A stretch of 64,000 nt of DNA from a virus: IMG/VR virus record IMGVR_UViG_3300032311_001249, positions 25,935-89,934 of that record; one strand, 5' to 3'. Below the pieces are notes generated by a model that worked only from the letters and a program-made list of their open reading frames with translations, was not told the origin of the DNA and made no database searches. Within the stretch, counting starts at the first letter, position 1, and every line of letters starts with the position of its first letter. Positions 1 to 9,935 of this stretch are shown here, in pieces. The position numbers and the translations under genes were made by a program.

Positions 1-23
1 AGTTTTGTGCGTTCTTCTTCCAT
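1..23 (-). CDS. 5' end of a CDS running off the window (MEEERTK...)
   Basis: ATG at 23 on the - strand, preceded by late-type TAAATA (34-29) 5 nt upstream. Only 7 codons visible. Confidence 0.4.
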
Positions 24-38
24 AAGTCTATTTAAAAG

Positions 39-443
39 TTATTTTTTGAGTTTCAATATCTTTTCTTTGTCTTCTTTTATATTTTTCTCTAATTCTGGAA
101 ATATTTCCAACAACTCTTTTAGTTGTTTAACAGGAATTTCCAAACAAGAAGATATTGAATTTAATTCTAGTTTAATTTCTTTTTCTTCATGTTTAATTGC
201 AAAATATTTGTAACGACAGTTTTTTTTTGGAATTAAACATTTTAAGAAATCGTATATTTCTTGACAGTCATTCCAAGAATGTAATTTATTATTTAATATA
301 TCGTTTACTAAATTACAGTAGGTTGGATGCACTCCAGAAACGTATTTCTGAACCAAAAAAGAAACAAAATTATCACAAGGAGATAATTCCGAAAATTCTT
401 TTTCACATAATATGTCTTTTGCTAAATCTGATGAATTTCTCAT
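39..443 (-). CDS. Clamp loader small subunit, T4 gp62-like
   Basis: 134 aa; pattern 'FLVQKYVS...N.ILN...YDFLKCLIPKK.RY' resembles gp62 (N..LS...N...QYDF..V.K.KR); replication-gene context. Confidence 0.6.
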   Translation of the reverse strand: MRNSSDLAKDILCEKEFSELSPCDNFVSFLVQKYVSGVHPTYCNLVNDILNNKLHSWNDCQEIYDFLKCLIPKKNCRYKYFAIKHEEKEIKLELNSISSCLEIPVKQLKELLEIFPELEKNIKEDKEKILKLKK

Positions 444-1177
444 ATTCTCATAATTTTGTTACCGTATTTTTCTTTAAATTCTTGTGCATGTTTTTGCCAT
501 GTTTTATCATTAGCAAATTCACCCAATCCATGATGTATTACAAAAATTGGCCATACTCCTATTTTTAAACCAAGATCAAAAGCTTTACAGCACATGCACA
601 TATCATAATGGTGAAAAGTGAATTGTCTATCAAAAATTTCTTGTTTGTCTGTTAGACTACTCATTTTAAAACTCATGAATAGACCATCAATAACAACAAC
701 AGGAGATGGGGTTGGTCCAAAATATACTGAATTTATATGATTCTGTTCTACTCCATTAAAACCTTTTGGAATATAATGATTTACTATACCTCTGCTGTGC
801 TCTGGTTTTTCTCTGCACAAATGCCAAACCATGGGATTATTTGTGTTATAATTTTGAGATGTTGATCCAGCAAGACCCACAACATCATAAAATTCATGCG
901 CTTTTATTAATTTATCAAAAAAGAAATGGTCGTGTATTTCTAGATCATCATGCATAAAAATAGCATAATCACAGTCATTTTTATTTAATTCATCTTGATA
1001 TAATTCTGATAATCCTTGTGAATTTTCGGTAAATGGTCTTAAAATTATATTAACATCATCATTTTTTACATTTATTTTAGAATGTATCAAAGATTGTAAA
1101 CATTTATAACATTGAGAAGAAGAAAATTGCTCTTTGGTTTGTTTGGTAGGTACAGTTATTTTTATATTTAAAGTCAT
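440..1177 (-). CDS. Glycosyltransferase-like protein (GT-A fold, Glyco_tranf_2_5-like)
   Basis: FMHDD DxD-like motif, 'VVGLAG', 'VVIDGLFM', 'FD..FTFHHYD', 'VIHHGLG'. Confidence 0.75.
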   Translation of the reverse strand: MTLNIKITVPTKQTKEQFSSSQCYKCLQSLIHSKINVKNDDVNIILRPFTENSQGLSELYQDELNKNDCDYAIFMHDDLEIHDHFFFDKLIKAHEFYDVVGLAGSTSQNYNTNNPMVWHLCREKPEHSRGIVNHYIPKGFNGVEQNHINSVYFGPTPSPVVVIDGLFMSFKMSSLTDKQEIFDRQFTFHHYDMCMCCKAFDLGLKIGVWPIFVIHHGLGEFANDKTWQKHAQEFKEKYGNKIMRI

Positions 1178-1229
1178 AAAATACTATACTACCATTACAA
1201 AAAAAGTCAATCTTCAATAAATATTAAAT

Positions 1230-1757
1230 ATGAACTACAAGCAATTTTTTAATAAATTACTACAAGAAGCTGTTAATCCTACACATGAGATACCAGATGA
1301 TGCTATTAATGGTATTTTGGATGATGACACAAATCCAGACGAATTCAGAAACGACATTAGCGTTAACGGAGCACCAAAAAGTAGCGTAGATGATGCTAAG
1401 AATTTATGGGAGAATGAAACCTCTATTTCTGGTTCAACTCCAGAAGAAAAGAAAGTTTCCATCAAAAAAACTGAAAACTTTTTAACAAAATTAAACACTT
1501 ACAAGAGCAATCTTAAAAATTTAAGCCCAGAAAAAAAATATACTGATATTGCTATTCTTGCAGATTTAGTGTCTTCTGATCCTGACATGAGTGAAAAATA
1601 TACTAAACTTAATGCTAAAATAGAAAAACTTAAAAAAGCGGAAGAATTGAGAAAACAAGCAGAACAAATGGAACAAGAGGCATCTAGTTCTGAATCTGAT
1701 GTAAATGATTCTGGTTTTGATTCACAAGCAGAACCACTGCCTAGTCCCCAAGCTTAA
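1230..1757 (+). CDS. Acidic late protein with putative capsid-targeting N-terminus
   Basis: AATAAATA at 1216-1223, 6 nt before ATG; N-terminus MNYKQFFNKLLQE. Confidence 0.6.
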   Translation: MNYKQFFNKLLQEAVNPTHEIPDDAINGILDDDTNPDEFRNDISVNGAPKSSVDDAKNLWENETSISGSTPEEKKVSIKKTENFLTKLNTYKSNLKNLSPEKKYTDIAILADLVSSDPDMSEKYTKLNAKIEKLKKAEELRKQAEQMEQEASSSESDVNDSGFDSQAEPLPSPQA

Positions 1758-2739
1758 CTAGACCCTTTTGACCACTATAACAACTCTTTAATATTAGAGC
1801 AGGATCAACAAAATCCTGCTCTTTTTTTATGCAGTATTCATTCAAATCTTTGAATTCTGAGAATTCGTTATCATATAAAAAAACAGTCTCATTTTTTTGT
1901 AATTTTTCTTTTATGATTTCTATAACTTGTTTTTTCTCAAAACGAAAGTTATCTAGTATCCATATTTTATTATGAAAAGGAAATTCACTGGTTAATATAT
2001 ATTCTTGTTCTGTTGTTAGTTTGGTTCCAGAAATTGATACACCGTTTTTTAAAAACATACTGTCTATTTGGCCTTCAAAAAGAAAAATATAAGGATAGTT
2101 TTCATCAATTTTACAAGAATTAAACAACGGTTTTTTGCTACCAAATTTTAATAAATATTTTCCTTTAGTGTCATTATCCAATAAAGCTCTTGAAGTATAA
2201 CAAGTGATTTTGGAGTTATTATCATAGTAGGGTATTATCAATCTGTTACCATGAAATTTATCATTCAAACAACAATATAGAGTTTTTGGAGAATTTATTG
2301 CTGAAAAAAGTCTTCTTTGTTCACAGTATTTTTTAGCTTTTTGAATAATATCATATTTTGAAAAATATTTTAACTGCAATTCATCTTTAAGATTCACACA
2401 TTCTCCCGGAAGGCTAGGAAGTTCAAAACTAGTTTCTTCTTGTTTATCAAGAACCAACTGATATTTAAAATCATGAACATAACCTTTTAATTCTTTGATT
2501 ATCTCTTTGAAAGTTAAACCTGTTGCTTCTTTTACCCAAAAATATGGTGTCCAACTACGAAAACAATTATGGCAGTAGAGATAATCGTCTTTTTTAAAAT
2601 AAAAAAGTCTGGTTTTTTTGCCCCAACTACTACCTTCACTACAAATTGGACAACAACCATTCAGATAGTTGGTTGTTTCTCTAACGTTGTAGGAAAAAGA
2701 ATAAAACTTATCTATAACATAACTTTGGGGTAGTTCCAT
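1741..2739 (-). CDS. DNA primase, T4 gp61-like
   Basis: Zn finger CPIC...CHNC; TOPRIM 'FEGQIDSMFLKN', 'ILDN', 'KDLNE'. ATG 2739 preferred over TTG 2772 because TTGAAA-N16-TACAGT-N5-ATG precedes it. Confidence 0.9.
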   Translation of the reverse strand: MELPQSYVIDKFYSFSYNVRETTNYLNGCCPICSEGSSWGKKTRLFYFKKDDYLYCHNCFRSWTPYFWVKEATGLTFKEIIKELKGYVHDFKYQLVLDKQEETSFELPSLPGECVNLKDELQLKYFSKYDIIQKAKKYCEQRRLFSAINSPKTLYCCLNDKFHGNRLIIPYYDNNSKITCYTSRALLDNDTKGKYLLKFGSKKPLFNSCKIDENYPYIFLFEGQIDSMFLKNGVSISGTKLTTEQEYILTSEFPFHNKIWILDNFRFEKKQVIEIIKEKLQKNETVFLYDNEFSEFKDLNEYCIKKEQDFVDPALILKSCYSGQKGLVKLGD

Positions 2740-2790
2740 AAATGACTGTATCACAAACTTTGCTGTTTTCAATAAGTAAATTTATAAAAT

Positions 2791-3234
2791 ATGACAAAAA
2801 ATTTTGATTTTTTCTATGAACAATTAATAAAAGAGGTTTTTACATCCAAAAATAAAAGGAGAGAAAATCGTTATGGGTTGAATGAACCTAATACTAGTTC
2901 AAAGATCAGAGCCGTCAGATTGTTTCCTAGAAAAACAGACTCACAAGATACTAAAATAGGTAATTCTCAACAATATGTTGGAAACTACTGGAAAAAAGAT
3001 GGAATAAGAACCAACAAATCTGAGAAAACAGCAACAGAAAGAGCGATAGCTAATGGAACTGGTGGTCATTTGAGAATAAAAGGTGTTAATCCTAAAAAAC
3101 CGGGAGCCAAAGTAAACTCCAAACAAGGAGATATGGAAGTCAAATATTCTCTTGGTAATGGAATGTATAAAGTGGGTAAAACTGGTAAAACACAGTTTAA
3201 AAATGTAGAAAAGATATTCAGCAAACAAGATTAA
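2791..3234 (+). CDS. Basic late protein with putative capsid-targeting N-terminus
   Basis: MTKNFDFFYEQLIKE N-terminus; K/R/G-rich body; TAAGTA at 2773-2778. Confidence 0.6.
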   Translation: MTKNFDFFYEQLIKEVFTSKNKRRENRYGLNEPNTSSKIRAVRLFPRKTDSQDTKIGNSQQYVGNYWKKDGIRTNKSEKTATERAIANGTGGHLRIKGVNPKKPGAKVNSKQGDMEVKYSLGNGMYKVGKTGKTQFKNVEKIFSKQD

Positions 3235-3242
3235 GTAATTAT

Positions 3243-4127
3243 ATGCTTGATATACCCACCAACTGTGGTCCTTTAGATTTACAATTTGCTAACGAAGCTC
3301 TGGAGAGAGTTAATCGCTTTAGGCAAAGTCATATAGATGCTACAAGTCCACCAGATTTAACTCATGGAAGAATAAAATATTTTCATAATATAATATGTAG
3401 TTGGGCATTTAGTGTTCCTTTAAAATTTGATTGGGTGGTTGTTATAAATGCCAAAAATAAAAATTATATATTAAATGAAATAAACAACATAGGAGATAGA
3501 TATGAAACAAAAGGTTGGAATGTGGGAAATTCTGCTAGCCAAACTACTATTCACAGTGTTCAAGATGTTATAGGCTGCATCTTTGCACAAGGAGTGCAAA
3601 TACCGGGAGAAAAAACAAAAATAGAAAGAGCAGGAATATCAGAAGGTTCGAATAGAGGATTTATAAATGCTCCTATTGTTAGTGGAAGAACAGATTTTGA
3701 ACCTTTGCAAATAGGATTTTTAGAAACTAATAAATCTTTTATTGATGGATTTCTCAGACCTTGGAATATTTTAGTTTCTCATAAAGGTCTTATAGCCACA
3801 TCAAACAGCCAAAGCATAAAGGCTGATATTGTGTTGCATCAATTAGCAAGAAATGGCAGTGATGTCACATCAAAAATTAGAAAAACTTTTGTATTTGAAG
3901 ATTGTGCTCCTATAAGCATAGCCAATGAAACTTTAGATTATAATAGCGGCAGCGATTTTCCAAAATTACAAGTGGAATTTTCTTATTCCAAATATTATAT
4001 TAGTGATGGTTATTCTAATAATACCAACGATTATTATCCACAATCCAATTCTACAACTAATAAAATACCTAATAATCTTTTAACAATAAGAACTACTCCA
4101 GAAATATTTGCTAACACCGCTGTTTAA
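3243..4127 (+). CDS. Tail tube / tube-initiator protein (gp19/gp54 fold)
   Basis: 'LQIGFLET...FLRPW', 'FEDCAPISI...LDY...VEFSY' are typical of the gp19/gp54 family; first gene of the tail module; TAAGTA 5 nt before ATG. Confidence 0.65.
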   Translation: MLDIPTNCGPLDLQFANEALERVNRFRQSHIDATSPPDLTHGRIKYFHNIICSWAFSVPLKFDWVVVINAKNKNYILNEINNIGDRYETKGWNVGNSASQTTIHSVQDVIGCIFAQGVQIPGEKTKIERAGISEGSNRGFINAPIVSGRTDFEPLQIGFLETNKSFIDGFLRPWNILVSHKGLIATSNSQSIKADIVLHQLARNGSDVTSKIRKTFVFEDCAPISIANETLDYNSGSDFPKLQVEFSYSKYYISDGYSNNTNDYYPQSNSTTNKIPNNLLTIRTTPEIFANTAV

Positions 4128-4141
4128 AGATAATTAGTTTA

Positions 4142-5104
4142 ATGGCATTTTATAAAATTTGGGTTCCTTCAAAACAGAAATATGTTAGATTTAAAGAAAT
4201 TGATTCGGAACAATATAGAGATATATTAAAAAGTGTTGATGATGACTCTGATTTTGAATATAACGTAAACTATATTGTACAAAACAATTGCTGTTCAAAA
4301 GATTTTTTATTAAAAGAACACACTATAATAGACCGTTTTGTTATTTTATTACAACTAAAAATACATTCTTGTGGTTCAAAACTAAATTTAACCAGAATTT
4401 GTGATAAATGCGACACAAAAACAGACTTTTCTATTGATTTAAACCAATTGATTGATGAGTTGGCTAAAGGTGTAGATCGTTCTTTTGAGAAAATTTTTAA
4501 AATAAACGATTTATCAGTGCTGTGTGATGTTCCTTCTGTTGGAAATCAAGAATCACAACAATTTGATAAGACTGATTTGGGTAAAAGAATTGATTTTTAT
4601 CTGTATTCTTTTATAAAATCATTGTATATAGGAGATAAAACTATAAATTTAGCCGATTTTGATTTTGAACAAAGAAATGAGATATGTTCTAACCTTCCTT
4701 TTTCATGTATAAACACTATAAAAACAATTTATGTGGACGAAATTCATAGAATATTCTCTGATTGTATGATAAAAGAAACAGTTTGTTCTAATAATAAATG
4801 TGAGGACATACTTTCTATAAAATTTGATTTTTCTAGTGTGACTGATGTTATGAAATTATTGTTTAGAGACTCTAATAATGTGAACATTTTATCACAATAT
4901 GCTAATTTAAGCATGAATTGTCACTTCGACTATCATTTTTATAAGAATATTTGTCCAGCAGAATTAATAATTTTGGATAATTTGGTTAGAAACAGCATGA
5001 AAAAGACTGAACAAGAACAGAATTCCAATAAAGACATCAACATGTTTGAACAATACAAATTAAATGAGATTGATATGGTTGAAAGTAAGAGCGAATTTGA
5101 GTAA
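4142..5104 (+). CDS. Baseplate hub assembly protein, gp26-like (possible gp51-like C-terminus)
   Basis: 'IDRFVILLQLKIHSCG...CDKC' gp26-like motif; C-terminal 'NLSM..HF.Y...CPAELIIL' is reminiscent of gp51. Confidence 0.6.
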   Translation: MAFYKIWVPSKQKYVRFKEIDSEQYRDILKSVDDDSDFEYNVNYIVQNNCCSKDFLLKEHTIIDRFVILLQLKIHSCGSKLNLTRICDKCDTKTDFSIDLNQLIDELAKGVDRSFEKIFKINDLSVLCDVPSVGNQESQQFDKTDLGKRIDFYLYSFIKSLYIGDKTINLADFDFEQRNEICSNLPFSCINTIKTIYVDEIHRIFSDCMIKETVCSNNKCEDILSIKFDFSSVTDVMKLLFRDSNNVNILSQYANLSMNCHFDYHFYKNICPAELIILDNLVRNSMKKTEQEQNSNKDINMFEQYKLNEIDMVESKSEFE

Positions 5105-5112
5105 TTAACTAT

Positions 5113-5922
5113 ATGTCAGAAACATTAAACATAAATGATATTATTTCCTTGGTAAAAGAATCAAACAAACAGTTTGAATCTGATATTTACGTTCCATCAT
5201 TAAACAAAGAGATTCATTGTAAACCCATGAATGCATCTCATTTAAAAAATATCATCAAAACTTCCATTTCTGGTGTGTTTTCAAATATAAAATTCAACCA
5301 AACCATGCACACAGTGTTAAAAGATGTGTTAGACCCATCAGTTCCAACCACTATTATTAATACTTTTGATAAAATTTTAATTTTATTACAATTAAGAAAC
5401 AAAAATGTTAAAAATACAGTTGATGTAGAATTATTCTGTGATGAAGATAAGAAAATTGAATCTTTTTCTTTGGATAAAATAATTAACAAAGGAAAAAAAG
5501 ATAAATTTGATTTTCAAGAGCAAATAATAACTGATGGTTCTTACATTGTAACACTAGATTTTCCTTCTATAGAGCAAGAATTTTTATTTGATCGTTATTT
5601 TGAGCAAAATAAACTAAAAAATGTAAAGGAAGATGACAAAAATTCTCTCAAAGAATTATTTGGACCTCTTTTTATTCATGAAGTAGCACAATATGTTAAA
5701 AACATAAAAATTTCTGACAAAGAAATAAACATGAGAAGCTTGTCAGTCGAAGACAGAACCAGCATCATGGAAAATTTATCCAGTAACATCATTGCACAAA
5801 TAATAGAAAAAATAGATGATGTATTTGGTAAACAAATCAATAAACTTATTTCTGTTGAAAAGGATTTTGATGGAACCAAATACAGGGGAACCATTCAAAT
5901 AAATTCAACACTGTTTTCGTAA
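5113..5922 (+). CDS. Second gp26-like baseplate hub assembly protein
   Basis: 'YVPSLNK...KPM', 'FDKILILLQLR', 'TLDFPSI'; paralogous to the upstream ORF. Confidence 0.55.
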   Translation: MSETLNINDIISLVKESNKQFESDIYVPSLNKEIHCKPMNASHLKNIIKTSISGVFSNIKFNQTMHTVLKDVLDPSVPTTIINTFDKILILLQLRNKNVKNTVDVELFCDEDKKIESFSLDKIINKGKKDKFDFQEQIITDGSYIVTLDFPSIEQEFLFDRYFEQNKLKNVKEDDKNSLKELFGPLFIHEVAQYVKNIKISDKEINMRSLSVEDRTSIMENLSSNIIAQIIEKIDDVFGKQINKLISVEKDFDGTKYRGTIQINSTLFS

Positions 5923-5925
5923 ATA

Positions 5926-5952
5926 AAAAACCCGGTCATTGACCGGGTTTTT
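5926..5952. terminator. Bidirectional rho-independent terminator
   Basis: AAAAACCCGGTC-ATT-GACCGGGTTTTT perfect hairpin between convergent genes. Confidence 0.9.
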
Positions 5953-5956
5953 AGTT

Positions 5957-6517
5957 TTAAGCGTTGTAACCTTGCTGCATTGCTGATCCAGCACCTTTAG
6001 TGAAACCACCTTGCTGTGCTGCTGTGGCAGACCTGCTTGCTGTATCAGCAATTTGATTTACTTGTTTAATCAAATTGCTAAGTCTAGGGTCTTTTCCTAT
6101 AAATTGAGCTATTTGAGGATTTATCTGTTGAGCATTAGCTATAACTTGTTGAACTTGCGTTAACAATTTTTGAAGAGTTGCTATTTGTGCTGCTGCTTTT
6201 CTAGCTTGTTCACCAGTCTGATATATGTTTGAAACGTTTTGTCCAATTTGTTTTGCGCCTGCTGCTGCTGCATTATAACCTTTTTTAGCAACGTTTGCTG
6301 CTCCTTGGGCAGCACCAGAAATACCGCTACCAATAGCTCTGCCTATATTGGATAGACCTCCGAAAAGCTCTTGAACAATCTGTTTTTGTTGTTCTGTTAG
6401 CTGATTGTTTTCATGCATTTCTAATAGTTTTGATTCTGTCAAATACCCAGACATAATTTGTTTCTGGAAATTTTCCAATTGTGCCGATTCATAAATATAA
6501 CTGTAGTTGTTGTTCAT
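5957..6517 (-). CDS. Ala/Gly/Gln-rich late protein, probable virion/internal protein
   Basis: Low-complexity helical A/G/Q body; N-terminus with L-x-E motifs (MNNNYSYIYE...LTE...VQE); TAAGTA upstream. Confidence 0.55.
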   Translation of the reverse strand: MNNNYSYIYESAQLENFQKQIMSGYLTESKLLEMHENNQLTEQQKQIVQELFGGLSNIGRAIGSGISGAAQGAANVAKKGYNAAAAGAKQIGQNVSNIYQTGEQARKAAAQIATLQKLLTQVQQVIANAQQINPQIAQFIGKDPRLSNLIKQVNQIADTASRSATAAQQGGFTKGAGSAMQQGYNA

Positions 6518-6525
6518 AATAATAT

Positions 6526-6541
6526 TACTTACTTATAAATA
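6526..6541. promoter_or_regulatory. Overlapping divergent T4-type late promoters
   Basis: TATAAATA (+, 6534-6541) 6 nt before ATG 6548; TATAAGTA/TAAGTA on - strand (6537-6526) before ATG 6517. Confidence 0.75.
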
Positions 6542-6547
6542 TATAAA

Positions 6548-8455
6548 ATGGCAGAAATTTCCGAAATAATGGCAGCAATAGATTCTTTTTTATCTAAAAA
6601 AGGAAAAGAGGATAGTTATCTTGTCAAAAAAATAACCGGATTATTTGAAGGAGATGATGCTCCTTTTAATACTGAAAAAGGAGTATTAAAAGAATTTAAG
6701 AAAAAATTTAAAAAATTAAATGATGGAGCAGAAAAAAATACAGAAAATTTTAATGAATTATCAAAAACAATAAAAAAATTTAACAGAGTTTTTACAGATA
6801 ATTTCTTTAAAAACTTGAGAGGGTTCAGAGATAATTTAAAAATATCTGTGTTAAATAACTTTTTTGAAAATTTAAAAGATGTTAATAAAAAATTTAAAAA
6901 AGGAATCTCTCCTGACAAAGAGAGTGTCATACAACAAGAAAGTATAGTTGATGTTAGAATAAAAGAAATAGATGATGGGGTAGCTAATTCTCTGTTATCC
7001 AAAATATCTAACATAATGGCTAGAAAAATAAATTTTTCTTCTGACAATAAAAATGAAGAACGATACGACAAAGAACAAGGTTTTTTCTCAAAAATATTAA
7101 AAGGAATATTAGGAGTCTCTGCTCTTTTTGTAGGTGTTGGTTTTATAAGCAAGTTTTTAAATGAGACAGAAATAGGAAAGTCTATAAAAAATAAATTAGG
7201 AGATTTTAAAGACAAAGCTTTAGAAGCTCTCAAACCAGCATTAAAAGTATTGATGAATCTTTTTGTAGAAGGTATGAAACAAGTTTTGTTTGAGTTACCT
7301 AAATGGTTTTTAAAACAAACATTTAATTTCTTTGGTCTAAAGGAAATGTTGGGAGAACAATATGAGGGCATAGCAGTTATTTTAACCAAAGGAATATACT
7401 ATGGAGTAAAAACATTTTTTACTAAAACATTAAATAAAATTTCTTTTGGATTATTTGGTAAATTAACTCAGAGTTTAACTGGTATGTTTGGTAGTTTAGG
7501 AAATTCATTAATTAAAATAGGCAAAGGGTTATCAGATAGTTTACTAAGACCATTAAGTTTTATAGGAAAAATTCCCGGAATGTTGGGTAAATTTTTTAGT
7601 AATATAGGTTTTGGTGCAGGTGGAGGAGTTGCTAAAGTTTTAACAAGTATAACAAAAATATCAGGAGGAAGTTTACTAAAAATATTAGGAACTGGACTAA
7701 AAAATATAGCAAAAAGAATTCCTTTTATTGGTGCTCTTATATCTTTCAAAGATGCATATGATAGATTTCAAAAAGGAGATATTCTAGGCGGTTTTATCAG
7801 CATAGGTTCTGGTATAGCTAGTACTTTTCCGGGCATAGGCACTGCTATAAGCATAGGTCTGGATGTGCTTAATGCTTTCTTGGACTATTCTGATAGTGGA
7901 TCAAAATTTAAAACAATGATTAATGATAACTTTATCACTAGAGCTATAGGAGATTTGATAAACGGAACAATGGATTTTTTCACCAATATTTTAGAAATGT
8001 TAAATCCAGTATCTTGGGGTAAGAGTATATGGGATTGGATTACTGGAAAGAAAAAATCTGCTGAACAACAAATAAAAGATAGTGAGCAAGATTCTAGTGT
8101 TAAACCTTATTCTGGTGCTAGATATGATTTACCTGTTAAACAAGTTCAAGATGCAAGAGTGAGTGGTAAAAACTTGATAGTTCCAAGCAATCAAGATGAT
8201 GTTGTTCTTGCCAAAAATAATGGCCCATTTGACAGAGCTTTCAAAGATATGAATCATAAATTAGATGTATTGACTAACGTATTTTCACAAGGAGTTGAAT
8301 TAATAGCATCTGCTAGTGTTAATGGTAGTTCTAGCATAGTTCAGGCTGTTGTTTCAACAGCAGGTTCAAAACAAGCACCAATAATATCAAATTCATCTGA
8401 TCCAATACATAGTTTTAGAACTAGAGCACAAAGAGCTATAGAATCTGTCCGATAA
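6548..8455 (+). CDS. Tape measure / baseplate hub tail-length protein (gp29-like)
   Basis: 635 aa helical protein with G-rich amphipathic repeats, hydrophobic segments and 'KRIPFIG...RF..GD..GG' motif; position in tail module. Confidence 0.6.
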   Translation: MAEISEIMAAIDSFLSKKGKEDSYLVKKITGLFEGDDAPFNTEKGVLKEFKKKFKKLNDGAEKNTENFNELSKTIKKFNRVFTDNFFKNLRGFRDNLKISVLNNFFENLKDVNKKFKKGISPDKESVIQQESIVDVRIKEIDDGVANSLLSKISNIMARKINFSSDNKNEERYDKEQGFFSKILKGILGVSALFVGVGFISKFLNETEIGKSIKNKLGDFKDKALEALKPALKVLMNLFVEGMKQVLFELPKWFLKQTFNFFGLKEMLGEQYEGIAVILTKGIYYGVKTFFTKTLNKISFGLFGKLTQSLTGMFGSLGNSLIKIGKGLSDSLLRPLSFIGKIPGMLGKFFSNIGFGAGGGVAKVLTSITKISGGSLLKILGTGLKNIAKRIPFIGALISFKDAYDRFQKGDILGGFISIGSGIASTFPGIGTAISIGLDVLNAFLDYSDSGSKFKTMINDNFITRAIGDLINGTMDFFTNILEMLNPVSWGKSIWDWITGKKKSAEQQIKDSEQDSSVKPYSGARYDLPVKQVQDARVSGKNLIVPSNQDDVVLAKNNGPFDRAFKDMNHKLDVLTNVFSQGVELIASASVNGSSSIVQAVVSTAGSKQAPIISNSSDPIHSFRTRAQRAIESVR

Positions 8456-8464
8456 ATATTAATT

Positions 8465-9598
8465 ATGAATATAGTCTTGCAAGAGAAACCCAACAACAAC
8501 AGCAGAGTTTACGGCACTTCTGGTGGTACACAAATAATAGATGTTGTGAACGAAATGAGTTGGACTATTTCTAATAAAAGATCAAGAAGAGATGCACCAA
8601 GAATGCGTCTTGTAGAATATCAACAATCCACAGGACAACTAATAGCATCTATTATATATTTTAGCAGAGTATTAAAGGATTTTGATTATTCTAATGCTAT
8701 TGACAGTTTAACTAAAAAAGCTGATCCCATAGAAATCTATAAACTTAAATATTTTGGTGATAAGACTGGTTATGAATATAGTGTTCCTTATTTTAATCCT
8801 AAAAATTTATCTAGAAATAATGAATTTTCTCCTAGTGATCCATTTGCTCCATTAACTCAATTAGGAACAAGTTATGGTGGTTCAGGATTTTCAAGAGGAG
8901 CAGCCCAAATTTCAACATTATATTCAACAGGAAAAGAGATCATAGACTCTGTTCTTCCCGGAAAAATAAATTTTGAATTTCCTCAAACATGGAACAATAC
9001 TAGCCCTGAAACTTATTCTACAACATTTGATCTTATAAATACAACAAATTTTAATGATGTTATAAATAATTGGAAATTTTGTCATTTATTAAGTTATCAA
9101 AATACTCCTAGCAGAAGAAACTTTGCTATAATGGACCCTCCTGTCATATATACTATGAGCATTCCCGGAATAGTTAACTTTCCTGTATGCTATATGAATG
9201 AATTACAAATAACAAATCTTGGAAATACAAGATTGATTGATATAGAAGGTAAGAAAAGAATAATACCAGAGGCATATAGAATAACATTCACATTAACTTC
9301 TTTATTGATGCCCAGCAGAAATATTATGGGAGCTACAAGAGATGGTTCAAATGTAGAAGTTATTGGTAGCAGCGAAGATGTGTCTAAATGGATAGATTAT
9401 GATAATGTTTTACAACAAGTTAAACAAGTTCTCACTCCTGTACCACAACCTGTTCCACCTCCCTCAACACCAGCCCCCATACCTCAGACTCCAGCACCTG
9501 AAAATTACAGAAATAATAATCTTGATCAAAGAAGTTTTGAAAAACCTTTTCCGCCCGGATTTAGATTTGATGTATTTGGCTCTAGACCTTTAAGTTAA
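8465..9598 (+). CDS. Baseplate tail-tube cap, gp48-like, with Pro-rich C-terminus
   Basis: 'YSTTFDLINT...PPVIYT..IPG...PVCYMNEL.I' tube-cap fold pattern; GATAAATA 6 nt before ATG. Confidence 0.5.
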   Translation: MNIVLQEKPNNNSRVYGTSGGTQIIDVVNEMSWTISNKRSRRDAPRMRLVEYQQSTGQLIASIIYFSRVLKDFDYSNAIDSLTKKADPIEIYKLKYFGDKTGYEYSVPYFNPKNLSRNNEFSPSDPFAPLTQLGTSYGGSGFSRGAAQISTLYSTGKEIIDSVLPGKINFEFPQTWNNTSPETYSTTFDLINTTNFNDVINNWKFCHLLSYQNTPSRRNFAIMDPPVIYTMSIPGIVNFPVCYMNELQITNLGNTRLIDIEGKKRIIPEAYRITFTLTSLLMPSRNIMGATRDGSNVEVIGSSEDVSKWIDYDNVLQQVKQVLTPVPQPVPPPSTPAPIPQTPAPENYRNNNLDQRSFEKPFPPGFRFDVFGSRPLS

Positions 9599-9605
9599 TA
9601 TTTTT

Positions 9606-9935
9606 ATGGCAAACAATTTAGATTTAGATTATTACGACTACTCAAATATTCTTACCACTTACACAGATGGTGATGGATATGAATTTTTTAATTTGATGAA
9701 CAGCATCAATATAGAAGGAGATATTGATGCTAGTTTATACATTTATGACATTGCTGATTCTTTCTCAGATGTATATAATTTATCTAAAAAGTATTACGGC
9801 ACTCATAAATTATGGTGGATAATATTATTAGTTAATAAAATACAGAACCCTTTCGAAATAAATGCAGGTCAAAAAGTAAAGATTCTAAATAATTCTTCTG
9901 TTTCTCAAATTTTGAGTCAGATAAATAGTATGTAA
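9606..9935 (+). CDS. Baseplate wedge subunit, gp53-like (LysM-like)
   Basis: 'LSKKYYGTHKLWWIILLVNKIQNPF' is the gp53 signature. Confidence 0.8.
   Translation: MANNLDLDYYDYSNILTTYTDGDGYEFFNLMNSINIEGDIDASLYIYDIADSFSDVYNLSKKYYGTHKLWWIILLVNKIQNPFEINAGQKVKILNNSSVSQILSQINSM

Noticed and set aside
6616-7749. Long antisense ORFs (257 aa, 93 aa) and many other short opposite-strand ORFs in the track
   Set aside because: They shadow well-supported genes, are F/L/S/I-rich mirror translations and show no motifs or promoters.
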